Made by a program: the position numbers and the translations under genes
Assembly (NCBI GenBank): GCA_019057385.1
Contig: JAHQJS010000006.1
Span: 160,001 to 224,000, forward strand
Reading direction: 5' to 3'
Length of the DNA: 64,000 nucleotides
Source of the DNA: Candidatus Borrarchaeum weybense
GTDB lineage: Archaea; Asgardarchaeota; Sifarchaeia; Borrarchaeales; Borrarchaeaceae
Notes under the pieces: generated by a model
What the model was told of the DNA's origin: nothing
Databases searched by the model: none
What the model saw: the letters and a program-made list of their open reading frames with translations, nothing else
Shown: one piece after another, positions 46,136 through 56,269 of the stretch
Layout: every line of letters begins with the position of its first letter
How positions within the stretch are numbered: position 1 is the stretch's first letter

Positions 46136-46969
46136 CTAATGATCTTCATTTCGATGATTGTTTTCTCTTTTAATCATGTTAGTAACTTTTTCTTTCCCTT
46201 TTCGGAGATATTTCGTCCAGTCAACCATAATCACTAAGAGCATTACTGAGATTGTGATAATTAGAGTAACTACTGGGACGATTGGATCTTGAGAAGAAGT
46301 TATTTGTCCATTTCGGATAGCTTCAATGTCGATTCCATAAAGAAGAAGGACTTGTCTACCTGCTTCTGTTTCCGCAGCACTACGAACAAGATATGCAATA
46401 CCAACTGCAAGTAACACTTTGCCAATGAAACAAGCAACTAGTGCATATCCTATATTATAGTTCACCATACCTAAAACAATTAGAAGCAGATCGTCAGGCA
46501 GTGGTGTTGCGGCAAAGAATATTATAAGAGGGATTCCATAGCCTTTTTTCACCAATTTCGCGAGTGAATCAAGTCGTTTTCCGTAAGAAGTATCTTCAAT
46601 CATTTCGCTCGTACCTCTTCCCAGGAGCCATGCACTAAGTTCGCCTATGGATGCTCCAAATCCAGCAGCTACGCCTACGAGTAATGGGTTGATAGGAAGT
46701 ACCACAACAATAATTGCCAGAGCAATTATGTAGGGGACTGGCATGATCACAGAGACGTTTCCAATAATCGAGATTAAAAAGATGGCTACGTAAACGCCAA
46801 GATCGCCGTAGTTGGAGTGGAAATAGAGCACGAAGCGTACCATGAGTTCGCCAATGTTTATACCTATTAGAGCGATTGCAATCATCCCACCAAAAAAGGC
46901 AACAAACAATCCAGCAATTATCAGATTTTTTACTCGTTTACTACGCAAGAGCTCTTTGTCAAAAGGCAT
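46136..46969 (-). CDS. DedA/VTT-family membrane protein (putative lipid-carrier flippase)
   Basis: P.PY, G.GA.IGE...W.LGRG, FAATPLPDD, GK. Confidence 0.8.
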   Translation of the reverse strand: MPFDKELLRSKRVKNLIIAGLFVAFFGGMIAIALIGINIGELMVRFVLYFHSNYGDLGVYVAIFLISIIGNVSVIMPVPYIIALAIIVVVLPINPLLVGVAAGFGASIGELSAWLLGRGTSEMIEDTSYGKRLDSLAKLVKKGYGIPLIIFFAATPLPDDLLLIVLGMVNYNIGYALVACFIGKVLLAVGIAYLVRSAAETEAGRQVLLLYGIDIEAIRNGQITSSQDPIVPVVTLIITISVMLLVIMVDWTKYLRKGKEKVTNMIKRENNHRNEDH

Positions 46970-47086
46970 TCATATCACAATTTTCTGATTTTTGCGAAGA
47001 AGACTGTTAGTGAAAACTCGAAACGGCCATATATAACTCATTCGCAAAGAACGGTAAATAGTGAAAAAAGGAGTGAAAGCCGCAAT

Positions 47087-48349
47087 TTACATATCTGTCT
47101 CTTGGATAGCTTGATTAACAAAGACACGTTTATTTGGTGCGATATCTTTATCTATTACAACTCCTGGTCCTACCCACACTTTATTGCCAATTTTTCGTCC
47201 AGGCATAATGCTACAATTTACTTCAAGAGTTGTTTGGTCTCCAATAATTGCGCCCAATTTAGTTCGTCCGGTATCTATTTTATCTCCGTTAACAAGGGCA
47301 TATATCGTCTCTCCTGCGCTATAGTTGATGATGTGCGTTCCTGCACCTATGTAAACGTTATTTGCAATAACACTATCGCCAATGAAGCTCAAGCGATTGA
47401 TAAATGAACTGCCGAGTATTACTGAATTTTTGATTTCGACGCCAAAACCAATTACTACATTGCTTTCAATAGCCGTGTGATCACGGATCAATGAGTTATC
47501 TCCAATAAACGTGTCTTTCCCAATGTAAACCGGTCCTTTAATAACTGCTCCTGGGCGAATTTTTACGCCGTCTGAAATCCAAACAGGTCCTTCTACTTTC
47601 CCATCTATCTCGGCATCTTTAGAGATGTATGACCCTTCTTTCATTAATCGATCCATAACAAATTGAGCAGCAGTCAATGTATCCCATGGATACTCTACAT
47701 CAATCCATTGTCCTTCCCAGATAGCAGCATATACATTTCCACGTTTACATAGTTGATTAATCGCCAGATCTAATTGCTGATTTTCCTTAAGGAGTTTAAA
47801 AATCTCAGGACGGAACATATACAAACTTGAAACCGCATATTTACTTAATTCTGATCCTGGGACAGGTTTCTCTATAATTTGCTCTATTCTTCCATCTGAT
47901 ACGTCAAGTGCTGCGACACCATACCGACTCACATCAGGAGCAAGTGTTAGTGCTATAGTGCTATCAGCATTAAATTCATTAAAGGTGTCTATCGTTCGTT
48001 GAACCATCTCCTTATCGACAAAGAAGTCAGCATGAGCAAGTAGAAAATAAGTTTCATCTTTTAATTCGTTTTCTGACTTTAAAATAGCATCTTCTATTCC
48101 AATTTGGTTTTCTTGGACTATATATTTTATATCTACTTCAAAATCAAACCCTGACCCGAAATAATCTATAATGGATTCCTTTTGGTAACCTACAACCACC
48201 ACAAGATCCGTAATACCCACAGACTTAAGCAAATCTATAATATGTTCGAGGATTGGTTTGCCACAGATGTTGAACATAGGTTTAGGTCTGTTTACAGAGA
48301 GCGGTCTTAGTCTGCTTCCTTCACCTGCAGCAAGGATTAATGCTTTCAA
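47087..48349 (-). CDS. Sugar-1-phosphate nucleotidylyltransferase/acetyltransferase (archaeal GlmU-like)
   Basis: ILAAGEGSRLRPL...PKP, EKP, W.DV.YPWD, and hexapeptide repeats. Confidence 0.88.
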   Translation of the reverse strand: MKALILAAGEGSRLRPLSVNRPKPMFNICGKPILEHIIDLLKSVGITDLVVVVGYQKESIIDYFGSGFDFEVDIKYIVQENQIGIEDAILKSENELKDETYFLLAHADFFVDKEMVQRTIDTFNEFNADSTIALTLAPDVSRYGVAALDVSDGRIEQIIEKPVPGSELSKYAVSSLYMFRPEIFKLLKENQQLDLAINQLCKRGNVYAAIWEGQWIDVEYPWDTLTAAQFVMDRLMKEGSYISKDAEIDGKVEGPVWISDGVKIRPGAVIKGPVYIGKDTFIGDNSLIRDHTAIESNVVIGFGVEIKNSVILGSSFINRLSFIGDSVIANNVYIGAGTHIINYSAGETIYALVNGDKIDTGRTKLGAIIGDQTTLEVNCSIMPGRKIGNKVWVGPGVVIDKDIAPNKRVFVNQAIQETDM

Positions 48350-48350
48350 T

Positions 48351-48623
48351 TTATTTCTCCTCCATTTTTTTAATAAGTTTGACTTCGTTTTTGGCTAAGA
48401 TATATGTTCTTATAAATCCTACCAAGCTAGGAATCAGGATTATACATGACGCAATGGCTACATAAAGGTAAAGTTGTAATGGTTTAAAAAGAAGATAGGC
48501 AAGGAACATTCCAATAAACAATCCTGTCGCTAAGACAAATATCATAAAATAGTTTAAAGAAAGAGTGTAAAGCCTAAATAATCTTTTTTTGTCAGTTTCC
48601 TTATTTTCTTGTGAATCTGCCAT
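48351..48623 (-). CDS. Small 2-TM hypothetical protein
   Basis: 90-aa ORF with two hydrophobic helices, GAGG SD, abutting the downstream gene. Confidence 0.65.
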   Translation of the reverse strand: MADSQENKETDKKRLFRLYTLSLNYFMIFVLATGLFIGMFLAYLLFKPLQLYLYVAIASCIILIPSLVGFIRTYILAKNEVKLIKKMEEK

Positions 48624-48756
48624 TTAAATAGCCTCATTGAATTTCATTTTGATGGATCACGGACATAAAAAATGATGTCATGATGGAACTCCTAGTCAAA
48701 TGGCGGAATATTATCGAATAAAAATATTTTGAGAGGAAATTGGAAAATTAAGAAGA

Positions 48757-49239
48757 CTAAAGCTTGTAGCCAATCTTTCTAAGAAATTCTTTTCGTTCTT
48801 TCTTTTCTTGTTCCCCTTCGATTCCTTTTGGAGAAAAGCCATCAATAACGCCCAATATTCCGTTTCCCTGTTCAGTAGTAGTAACAATGATCTCTACAGG
48901 ATTAGCAGTTGCACAGAAAATTCCACATACCTCTGGAACGAGTTTTATTCGATTGAGGACGTTGATCGGATAACCATTTTTCATATGTATGACAAAAGAA
49001 TGTCCTGCTCCAATTTTCATCGCATTTTTTGCCGCGATTTGTATCAAGTTTTCATCATTCCCCTCCGTACGTATCAGGCATGGTCCAGATGCTTCACAAA
49101 AAGCAATTCCAAATTTTATGGTTGGGGCAGAATCGGCTAAAGCCTCATACAAATCTTCGATCGATTTGATAAAATGTGTCTGCCCAAGAATGCAATTAGT
49201 CTCCTCTGGAATATCAAGTTTAACAGTTTTTAATTCCAT
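48757..49239 (-). CDS. Adenosine-specific kinase family protein (DUF355)
   Basis: [40 protein letters not shown]. Confidence 0.9.
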   Translation of the reverse strand: MELKTVKLDIPEETNCILGQTHFIKSIEDLYEALADSAPTIKFGIAFCEASGPCLIRTEGNDENLIQIAAKNAMKIGAGHSFVIHMKNGYPINVLNRIKLVPEVCGIFCATANPVEIIVTTTEQGNGILGVIDGFSPKGIEGEQEKKERKEFLRKIGYKL

Positions 49240-49277
49240 TTGGATCGCCCTTTAGGATGTGCTTTTAGAAACTTTAT

Positions 49278-49456
49278 AATACTTTCCGCAAGAAGACCCC
49301 CCAACTTGTTGGGGGGATGAATTGCGTGTTTTACGTGTTTCACTTTCACCGTAGTGTCCCTCAGCTTTAAATAGCTTTTTACGTATAGTACATCTAGTAA
49401 AATGAATTTCAGGGGAACACAGGGAGAAGTCTGATTGTAGGGTGGTGGTAGTTCAC
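49278..49456 (+). mobile_element. 179-bp non-autonomous IS200/IS605-family element (MITE/PATE)
   Basis: TTTAT at 49273-77, AAGA at +16..+19, left-end hairpin CCCCCCAA-CTTG-TTGGGGGG-ATGAATTGC, and a decayed right end GAAG...GTAGTTCAC. Confidence 0.65.
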
Positions 49457-49576
49457 GTATGTAATATTTTTTAACTTGATCGGCAGGAAGTACCAGATTT
49501 AGATCAATCACAGTAATAAAAACCAAATGTCTATAATCATTTAAAGGTTAAAAATTTCAAAAGGAAGAGGATCTTC

Positions 49577-49957
49577 ATGTCTTCTGAAGAAAAGGATGAA
49601 AAAATGAAGAAAATTGAAACAATGATTAAAAAAACCATAGACTATGCAAAAAAGAAAAGAATAGAACATAAAAGATTTGATGAAGTTCAAGAACCATTAC
49701 GTTGCTCTAAATGTGGCAAAATAGTCTTTCGTTATAGTACCCTGCCATATAAGAGTGTGGTATGTCCTGACTGCAGTAGAGACAGAACGAAGATAGATGT
49801 TAGCACAAAAATAAAAACCTTTGAAAAAGAAAGTTCGAAAGTGGAGAACAAGGAGACAATTACAAGAAAAAAAACATTTGAAATTATACGAACAGAATCT
49901 GGAATTAAGGTAAGACAAAAAGTGATTGAACAAGATGAGCAAGATGAGCAAGAGTGA
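49577..49957 (+). CDS. Small Zn-ribbon hypothetical protein
   Basis: CSKCG...CPDC, Lys/Glu-rich, GAGG SD. Confidence 0.7.
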   Translation: MSSEEKDEKMKKIETMIKKTIDYAKKKRIEHKRFDEVQEPLRCSKCGKIVFRYSTLPYKSVVCPDCSRDRTKIDVSTKIKTFEKESSKVENKETITRKKTFEIIRTESGIKVRQKVIEQDEQDEQE

Positions 49958-50522
49958 TGATGACAAATTTCCTTGCGAAGAAGAAGCGTTAGAGTTGCTT
50001 AACAAATATGGTGTAGATAAAAACATCATTGAACATTCAAAAGCGGTGTGCAAAAAAGCACTTGAAATTGCTGAAAAAATTATTCAGAAAGGATTAACGA
50101 CTGTAAATATCGGCTTAATAAGGGCAAGTGCACTTCTCCACGATATTGGACGTTATAATGAAAACAGTATACGACATGGGGTTGTAGGAGGAGAACTAAT
50201 TCGAAAATTAGGATATTCTTCTAAATTGGCAAGAATAGTAGAAAGACATGTATTATGTGGCATCTCAGAAAGATTTGCTAAAAAATTCGAATTTCCTAAT
50301 AGAAAGTTCATCCCTGAGACCGTAGAGGAACTCATAATATGTTATGCTGACAAACTAGTTGCTGGTAGAAGAGTAGTTGATTTAAAAAAAAGGTTTTCTT
50401 ATTGGATACGAAAATATGGTAGGACCCAGTTACTAGATGAAAGCATCAGAAGAACGAAACGTGTAGAGAAAAAAGTTCTTGAGTTAATGGGAAATTACAC
50501 TGAAAAAAATCCCAACAAATGA
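49935..50522 (+). CDS. HD-domain (HDIG-type) phosphohydrolase
   Basis: H...V, LLHDIGR, HG..G, ERH, E.I.CYADK. Start at ATG 49935 or 49944. Confidence 0.85.
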   Translation: MSKMSKSDDDKFPCEEEALELLNKYGVDKNIIEHSKAVCKKALEIAEKIIQKGLTTVNIGLIRASALLHDIGRYNENSIRHGVVGGELIRKLGYSSKLARIVERHVLCGISERFAKKFEFPNRKFIPETVEELIICYADKLVAGRRVVDLKKRFSYWIRKYGRTQLLDESIRRTKRVEKKVLELMGNYTEKNPNK

Positions 50523-50760
50523 GAATATTTTTTGTTATTATCTAAAAGAGACAGCAAGTTACTCTTGGTTTCTTTTTTCAATGTACTCAGTCTTTATAAT
50601 TGTCACTCTTCAAAATTATTATTTTTCCCTTTTTCTCGTAAAAGACGGAAAGTTTTCTTTGTAAAAAGAAGCACGTATTTGTATATGAAACTGGACCCTA
50701 GAGATCCGATGCCTCAAATGAGGGCTACGAATGACAAGCAAAAGGATGAGAAAATATTTA

Positions 50761-51894
50761 CTAAGCCAAAGTCACTTCAAATTTACATACAGGATCGCCC
50801 AATGTTTTGCACTGAACTTCTCTTACATAAGCTTTCGATGACCCCTTATAATGAACTTTATTTATAATACGTTCAAGGCTTGCTTCGAGTTCTCCTGCTA
50901 TAACATCACAAACAGGTATAAATGCTCCTTGGGGAAAACCAAGTGTATAAGGGCTTTCTTGAAGTACTAAAAACGCTTTTTTTTCCGTTAAAAACTGAAG
51001 TTCTACATCCACATCTGAAAGACCCACTAAAACTTCTTGGACAAAAGCTTTTAGAAGGGACATCATATTCTCGAACGTTTCGGGCAATTTTATCGCACTG
51101 TGATCGATATATTCTTGATATGCTTGTTGCCCTGCACGCCGACCTGTTGCATGCAATATTCCTTGCGTAATTTCATTTAATCCCATAATTCGCAGAATTG
51201 AACTCCAAACATAAATTATCCAATTGCGATAAGCTTCATCAAAACGGGTTCTTTTCTTAATCCAGTTGACAACTGAGGATTGGATTTCCGAAAGTTTTGA
51301 AGATTGAGTTGGATCTTCTATCAGATCTTCAGTTGTAGTTGCTACACCCTCTATAGGTTGTTCACGTATCTTGATTTCGAAGTTACACGAGGGGTTATTC
51401 ATGGCTTTGCATTTTCTCTCAACCACATGAGCAAAGTATTCTTTATGGCGCAAATCTTTATAATAATTAAGCATACGCTCCAATAAAGCCTCAATAAAGC
51501 CTGATATGAAACTACATAAAGGTATCCTTGAATTTTGTACCTCATACGTAAAAACACTTTCTCTTAAATCAAGTATAGCTGATGTTTCATTCGTTGGAGT
51601 TAATGATATCTTGCTCGAAAGAGGAGTAATTATTGTAGTTAAGAACCTTTGAATAAACTTCAGGACATCTTCAAAATTAGGTGGCGGGACAACTTCAGTT
51701 TCTTCAAACTTATTTTCTATAAAATAATCATTGAACAGAGCATGCGCAGCATATCTCCCTGAACTGTGTAATAGACCAACAGACCTTTCAGTATAGCCTA
51801 AAATTTCCACAAAAGATCTAAGAACCCATCTCAGCCAGTCACGGTAAATATTTTTTATGGAGACCCTTCCTTTAAACACACTGTCATAGTTCAT
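50761..51894 (-). CDS. Tandem V4R-domain protein
   Basis: Two internal repeats, each with L...GR.A, S.F/Y, P.C..I.G..EA.LER and E..C......C.F. Confidence 0.8.
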   Translation of the reverse strand: MNYDSVFKGRVSIKNIYRDWLRWVLRSFVEILGYTERSVGLLHSSGRYAAHALFNDYFIENKFEETEVVPPPNFEDVLKFIQRFLTTIITPLSSKISLTPTNETSAILDLRESVFTYEVQNSRIPLCSFISGFIEALLERMLNYYKDLRHKEYFAHVVERKCKAMNNPSCNFEIKIREQPIEGVATTTEDLIEDPTQSSKLSEIQSSVVNWIKKRTRFDEAYRNWIIYVWSSILRIMGLNEITQGILHATGRRAGQQAYQEYIDHSAIKLPETFENMMSLLKAFVQEVLVGLSDVDVELQFLTEKKAFLVLQESPYTLGFPQGAFIPVCDVIAGELEASLERIINKVHYKGSSKAYVREVQCKTLGDPVCKFEVTLA

Positions 51895-52337
51895 TTTTCC
51901 GCCTCTAAACTGACATTAATATTTATTTATTGAGTTATGAGATAGTATCACAAATGTACCTCTGCTTATTTACTATTATGTCTTGACTTTTGTTAGAAAA
52001 TTCCCTTGTTGAAAGTCATATCTTGCAAATCTTGATTATGAGAATATAAATCAAGGACTGAGATAAACTTTTTGTAATATATTAATTCATTAACTAATAT
52101 TTTTAAGATGAGAAAATAGGCAGAGAATCACAAAATAACTGTTCTATAAAACCTTTAAAATAAAATATTTGCAAGCAATAGATTTCTTCGGATTGGAACT
52201 TTGTATTTATGGCTTCAAAACACAATATGCATTTAGATTTCAAGACGCATATCCACATAGCGGATAACTTATGACAAATATTTGAATTTGATTAGAGATC
52301 TGGGCTAAAAAAAGATTTTAAATGTTCGTGATTAATT

Positions 52338-53534
52338 TTGAGAATAATACAGGTATGCTCATATTTCCCAAGTACAAAATGGATGCCATATTATGGAGGC
52401 ATTGAGTCTTATATCCTAAATTTATCGAAATTTCTAGTTAAGAATGGACATAAAGTCACGGTTATAACATCGAAAATCCCTCGAAACTCCCCGAGATTAG
52501 AAAACAAAGAAGGCGTAAAAATTGCCCGTTTAACCACACCTGCCATAGTTAGTGGTTTTCCATTGATGCCACATCTCTTTTTTAAATTATTTGCTATATC
52601 CAAAAATGCGGATATAATTCATGCACACATCAATTCGCCAAGTATTATAGAAATTGCCGCTTTTGTAAGTAAGATTTCAAATAAACCTCTTGTGGTGACT
52701 TACCATGCCGATCCTATAATACAAGACCTAAATACCGAAGCCTCTAGATATGTTAAACCTATTTTAGGAACCTATCTTAACAAATCCATGGATTTGATCT
52801 TGAAAAGGGCTCATAAGATCATAGTTACAACTCCACTTTATATGGAGAAGTCAAATTTCTTACAAAATTATTTGCACAAGGTCGTTGTAATTCCTAATAG
52901 TATTGATATCGATTTTTTTAGCGAACAGAATTCACAAGTTATTCAGGATCTTGAGAGAGAATACAATATAAAAAACAACAGAATAATACTTTTCGTTGGT
53001 AGACTTGTGAAGTACAAAGGTATTGAGTATCTTTTTAAGGCAATGAAAACCGTAATATCGACTTTTAAAAATACTTGCCTGTTAATTGTAGGAGATGGCC
53101 CTTTAAGGAACAATCTTGAATATTTATCTAATAAAATGAACCTTGAGGGTAATATAGTCTTTGTTGGTAATGTAAATAGCCGAAAATTGCGGAATATCTA
53201 TAGAATTGCAGATCTTTTTGTTCTTCCCTCAATTTCTAATTCCGAAGGATTTGGAATTGTTCTACTAGAAGCTATGGCACATGCTAAACCTGTAGTTGCT
53301 TCAAATGTAGGTGGCATTCCGCATATAGTCAAAAATGGGTTTAATGGACTACTGGTAGCGCCAAGAAATTATAAAGAATTAGGAAATAGAATAATTGATT
53401 TACTCTCAAATCATGTTAACTCTCAGAAATTAGGACAAAGAGGACAAGAATACATCATTAAAAATTATTCCTGGGAACAAACAGTAAAGCAAATAATTGA
53501 AGTCTATCAAGACATCAGCGAATCACAAGAATAA
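52338..53534 (+). CDS. GT4 glycosyltransferase
   Basis: GGIE, FVGRL..YKG, GDGP, EGFGIVLLEAM, GGIP. Confidence 0.93.
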   Translation: MRIIQVCSYFPSTKWMPYYGGIESYILNLSKFLVKNGHKVTVITSKIPRNSPRLENKEGVKIARLTTPAIVSGFPLMPHLFFKLFAISKNADIIHAHINSPSIIEIAAFVSKISNKPLVVTYHADPIIQDLNTEASRYVKPILGTYLNKSMDLILKRAHKIIVTTPLYMEKSNFLQNYLHKVVVIPNSIDIDFFSEQNSQVIQDLEREYNIKNNRIILFVGRLVKYKGIEYLFKAMKTVISTFKNTCLLIVGDGPLRNNLEYLSNKMNLEGNIVFVGNVNSRKLRNIYRIADLFVLPSISNSEGFGIVLLEAMAHAKPVVASNVGGIPHIVKNGFNGLLVAPRNYKELGNRIIDLLSNHVNSQKLGQRGQEYIIKNYSWEQTVKQIIEVYQDISESQE

Positions 53535-53559
53535 ATTCTCAAAAATTGAAAGTCGAGAA

Positions 53560-54522
53560 TTAAATCTGCCCTTTTTGATCTACAAACCATTCAAAGGTCT
53601 CTTTTATGCCAAGATCAAAATTATACTTTGGTTGATAACCTAAAACTTCCTTTGCCTTAGAGATATCTGCTAAACTATCCTTTACATCTCCTGGTCGAGG
53701 TGCAATGAATTTAGGCTCTAAGTATTCTTTTTTGAATAATTTAAGAAGTTTCTTCGCAACTTTGAGCAATGAAATGTTTCGACCGCTTCCAATGTTGAAT
53801 GTTGCATTCGAAATATTTGGAGTAAATGCTGCTAAAAGATTTGCATCAACAACATCTCTTACGAAAGTGAAATCGCGAGTTTGAAGTCCATCACCGTGGA
53901 TTAACGGTGGTAAATCTCTTAAGATTCGATTGATCCAGATAGGAATCACGCCACTATATTCACTCACGGTCTGCCTTGGACCATAAACATTGAAATATCG
54001 AAGTGAAACACATTGGAGTCCATATATAGGATAATAAATCTCAGCATACATTTCACCGACACATTTTGAAACCGCATACGGAGAAATTGGACAACGCTGC
54101 ATTGTTTCTCTCTTTGGAAGTTCTAATGTATTACCATAAACTGAGGAACTTGAAGCGAATACAAAGCGTTTGACGTCTGTATTCTTTGCTGCAGTTAATA
54201 AGTTAAGTGTTCCATTTATATTGACAGTAGCGGTCTCCCTTGGAAATTCAATCGAACGATCAACACTGGCTAATGCCGCTTGATGAAAAATAATATCTAC
54301 ATCTTTTAGAAGACTGACAATTAGATCATAATCCCTGATGTCTCCTTCAACGAACTCAAATCCATCGTTTTTCATAGCAAATAATAAATGCTCCAATTTT
54401 CCGACAGAAAGGTTGTCAATACCAACAACTTTTGCACCACGTTGAAGTAATTTATCTACCATATGACTACCAATAAAGCCTGCAGCGCCTGTAACCAAAA
54501 CCTTATAGTCAGTTAGATCCAT
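53560..54522 (-). CDS. NAD-dependent UDP-sugar 4-epimerase (extended SDR)
   Basis: GAAGFIG, ASSSSVYG, YAVSK, RYFNVYGPRQ, GDG.QTRDF. Confidence 0.93.
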   Translation of the reverse strand: MDLTDYKVLVTGAAGFIGSHMVDKLLQRGAKVVGIDNLSVGKLEHLLFAMKNDGFEFVEGDIRDYDLIVSLLKDVDIIFHQAALASVDRSIEFPRETATVNINGTLNLLTAAKNTDVKRFVFASSSSVYGNTLELPKRETMQRCPISPYAVSKCVGEMYAEIYYPIYGLQCVSLRYFNVYGPRQTVSEYSGVIPIWINRILRDLPPLIHGDGLQTRDFTFVRDVVDANLLAAFTPNISNATFNIGSGRNISLLKVAKKLLKLFKKEYLEPKFIAPRPGDVKDSLADISKAKEVLGYQPKYNFDLGIKETFEWFVDQKGQI

Positions 54523-54534
54523 AATTACTTTCTC

Positions 54535-55914
54535 CTATGAAATTGGTACACCTAGTCCACGATATGCAAAGCCTGCATTTGTTACTTCATTTGAATCAAA
54601 GATATTTCGTGTATCAACAATTACGGCAGGTTGCCTTACACACTTTGAGAGATTCTCTAAATTCAGTTGCTTAAATTCAGCGTGTGCGGTGCAAAACACT
54701 AGAGCATCCGCGTTTTGAATTGCATCTTCTACGGATAATTCAGTTAGCATACCAAAAACAATCTCATTTTCAAAGAGTGGATCATAACATGCTATCTCCG
54801 TGTCATATTTCTTAAGAGCGTTAATAATTCGTTCAGCGGGGGCATATTGAACATCTTTCACGCCTGATTTATAAGATATTCCTAAAACGACAATCTTTGA
54901 ACCTTTTATCGGCTTTCCAATCCCATTTAGCGCTTCGAAAATTAGATTAACTATGTTATCTGGCATTCTGTCATTAATTTCTCTGGCCAATCGAACGAGA
55001 TATGGAATATAACCAACTCTATTCGCCACTTGAATGAGGTAATAAGGATTTGCGGGAAGACAAGGACCTCCTACACCTGGACCTGGATAATGTGGAATAA
55101 AATTCCATTTTGTTGTAGCGGCATCTATTGTTTCAATAATATTTATTCCGATTTTTTCAAACAAAATTGCTAATTCATTAATTAAAGCAATGTTTACATC
55201 CCTGAAGATGTTTTCAGTTAATTTTACTGCATTTGCTGTTCTAGGATTACTTACTTTTACAACTTTGACACCCATTGCAGCTTTGTATAAGGCTGCAGCG
55301 ATATTACTACTGTTTTCGTTAATACCACCGACTATTCGAGGGATAGTTTTTAAACATTCGAAAATTTTGCCAGGATCCGCACGTTCGGGACAACTTACGA
55401 TCCCCAAATCTTTCCCTAACACAAGATTTGTTTTTTCTTCAATAAATGGTGCAATTATTTCTTCTACAATGCCAGGCGCAATAGTGCTTTCAACAATGAC
55501 CAGTGATCCTTTCTTGAGTCCTTTTACAAGATCTCGACATACAGCCATGAGATCAGAATAATTTGGGTTTTTATTGTTATCGACAGGAGTAGGTACACAT
55601 ATTATAATGGCATCTGCTTCATTTATCGCGCTAGGTACATCTGTAGATGCAATGAAGTTTCCTGAGGATATAGAGTCCTTTAAAATTTCCTCAATGCCCG
55701 TTTCATCTATATAGGTAATGCCTTTATTAATATTCTCAACAACTTCTTCAGAAATATCTGCACCTATTACTTTTGCTCCTGCCTGAGCAAAAACTAGTGC
55801 GGTAGGTAAGCCAATTCTCCCAATTCCAATTACACAAACTTTGATTTTACCATCTTTGAGTTTATCAGCAATTTCAGTTTCTTTAAGGCTTAAAAAGTCC
55901 ATAAAGGTCACCAT
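54535..55914 (-). CDS. UDP-N-acetylhexosamine 6-dehydrogenase (WecC/WbpO family)
   Basis: G.GRIGLP, CVPTP, EST, PER..PG, K..EN..RDVNIA, GPGVGGPCLP. Confidence 0.92.
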   Translation of the reverse strand: MVTFMDFLSLKETEIADKLKDGKIKVCVIGIGRIGLPTALVFAQAGAKVIGADISEEVVENINKGITYIDETGIEEILKDSISSGNFIASTDVPSAINEADAIIICVPTPVDNNKNPNYSDLMAVCRDLVKGLKKGSLVIVESTIAPGIVEEIIAPFIEEKTNLVLGKDLGIVSCPERADPGKIFECLKTIPRIVGGINENSSNIAAALYKAAMGVKVVKVSNPRTANAVKLTENIFRDVNIALINELAILFEKIGINIIETIDAATTKWNFIPHYPGPGVGGPCLPANPYYLIQVANRVGYIPYLVRLAREINDRMPDNIVNLIFEALNGIGKPIKGSKIVVLGISYKSGVKDVQYAPAERIINALKKYDTEIACYDPLFENEIVFGMLTELSVEDAIQNADALVFCTAHAEFKQLNLENLSKCVRQPAVIVDTRNIFDSNEVTNAGFAYRGLGVPIS

Positions 55915-56269
55915 AGATATTGAAATATATCTCCCAATTACATCTTAAGGGTAGCCACATTTTACTCTTTCGTGGTACACAAAGAAGATTCTATTTTCGT
56001 AAAGGTATTTATGTATTCAACCTAACAGGGCCTTTCTTATTTATAATTAGCCTAATTCATGGCCTTTATATAATATTTGAAATATTAAAGGGCTGGAGTG
56101 CTTTTTGGAACAGGATTCAGTAGCCTAGTAGCTATACTTATCCTTTCAAGTTTTCAATTGGTTCTTTTTAGATTCTTATCTAACATGATAAAAATGATTG
56201 AAACAAAAACACCTGAGGACTAATTAGAGACCTGAAATTATGACAGAAAGATCATTTTTATTTAAGAAC

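Noticed and set aside
49290-49470. Riboswitch, SRP, RNase P or C/D-box RNA
   Set aside because: Diagnostic motifs are missing, and IS-end geometry explains the hairpin better.
49230-49526. 98-aa minus-strand ORF
   Set aside because: It runs across the IS200/IS605-type element and has no protein motif.
50532-50867. 111-aa plus-strand ORF
   Set aside because: It overlaps the V4R gene antisense and T-rich terminator sequence.
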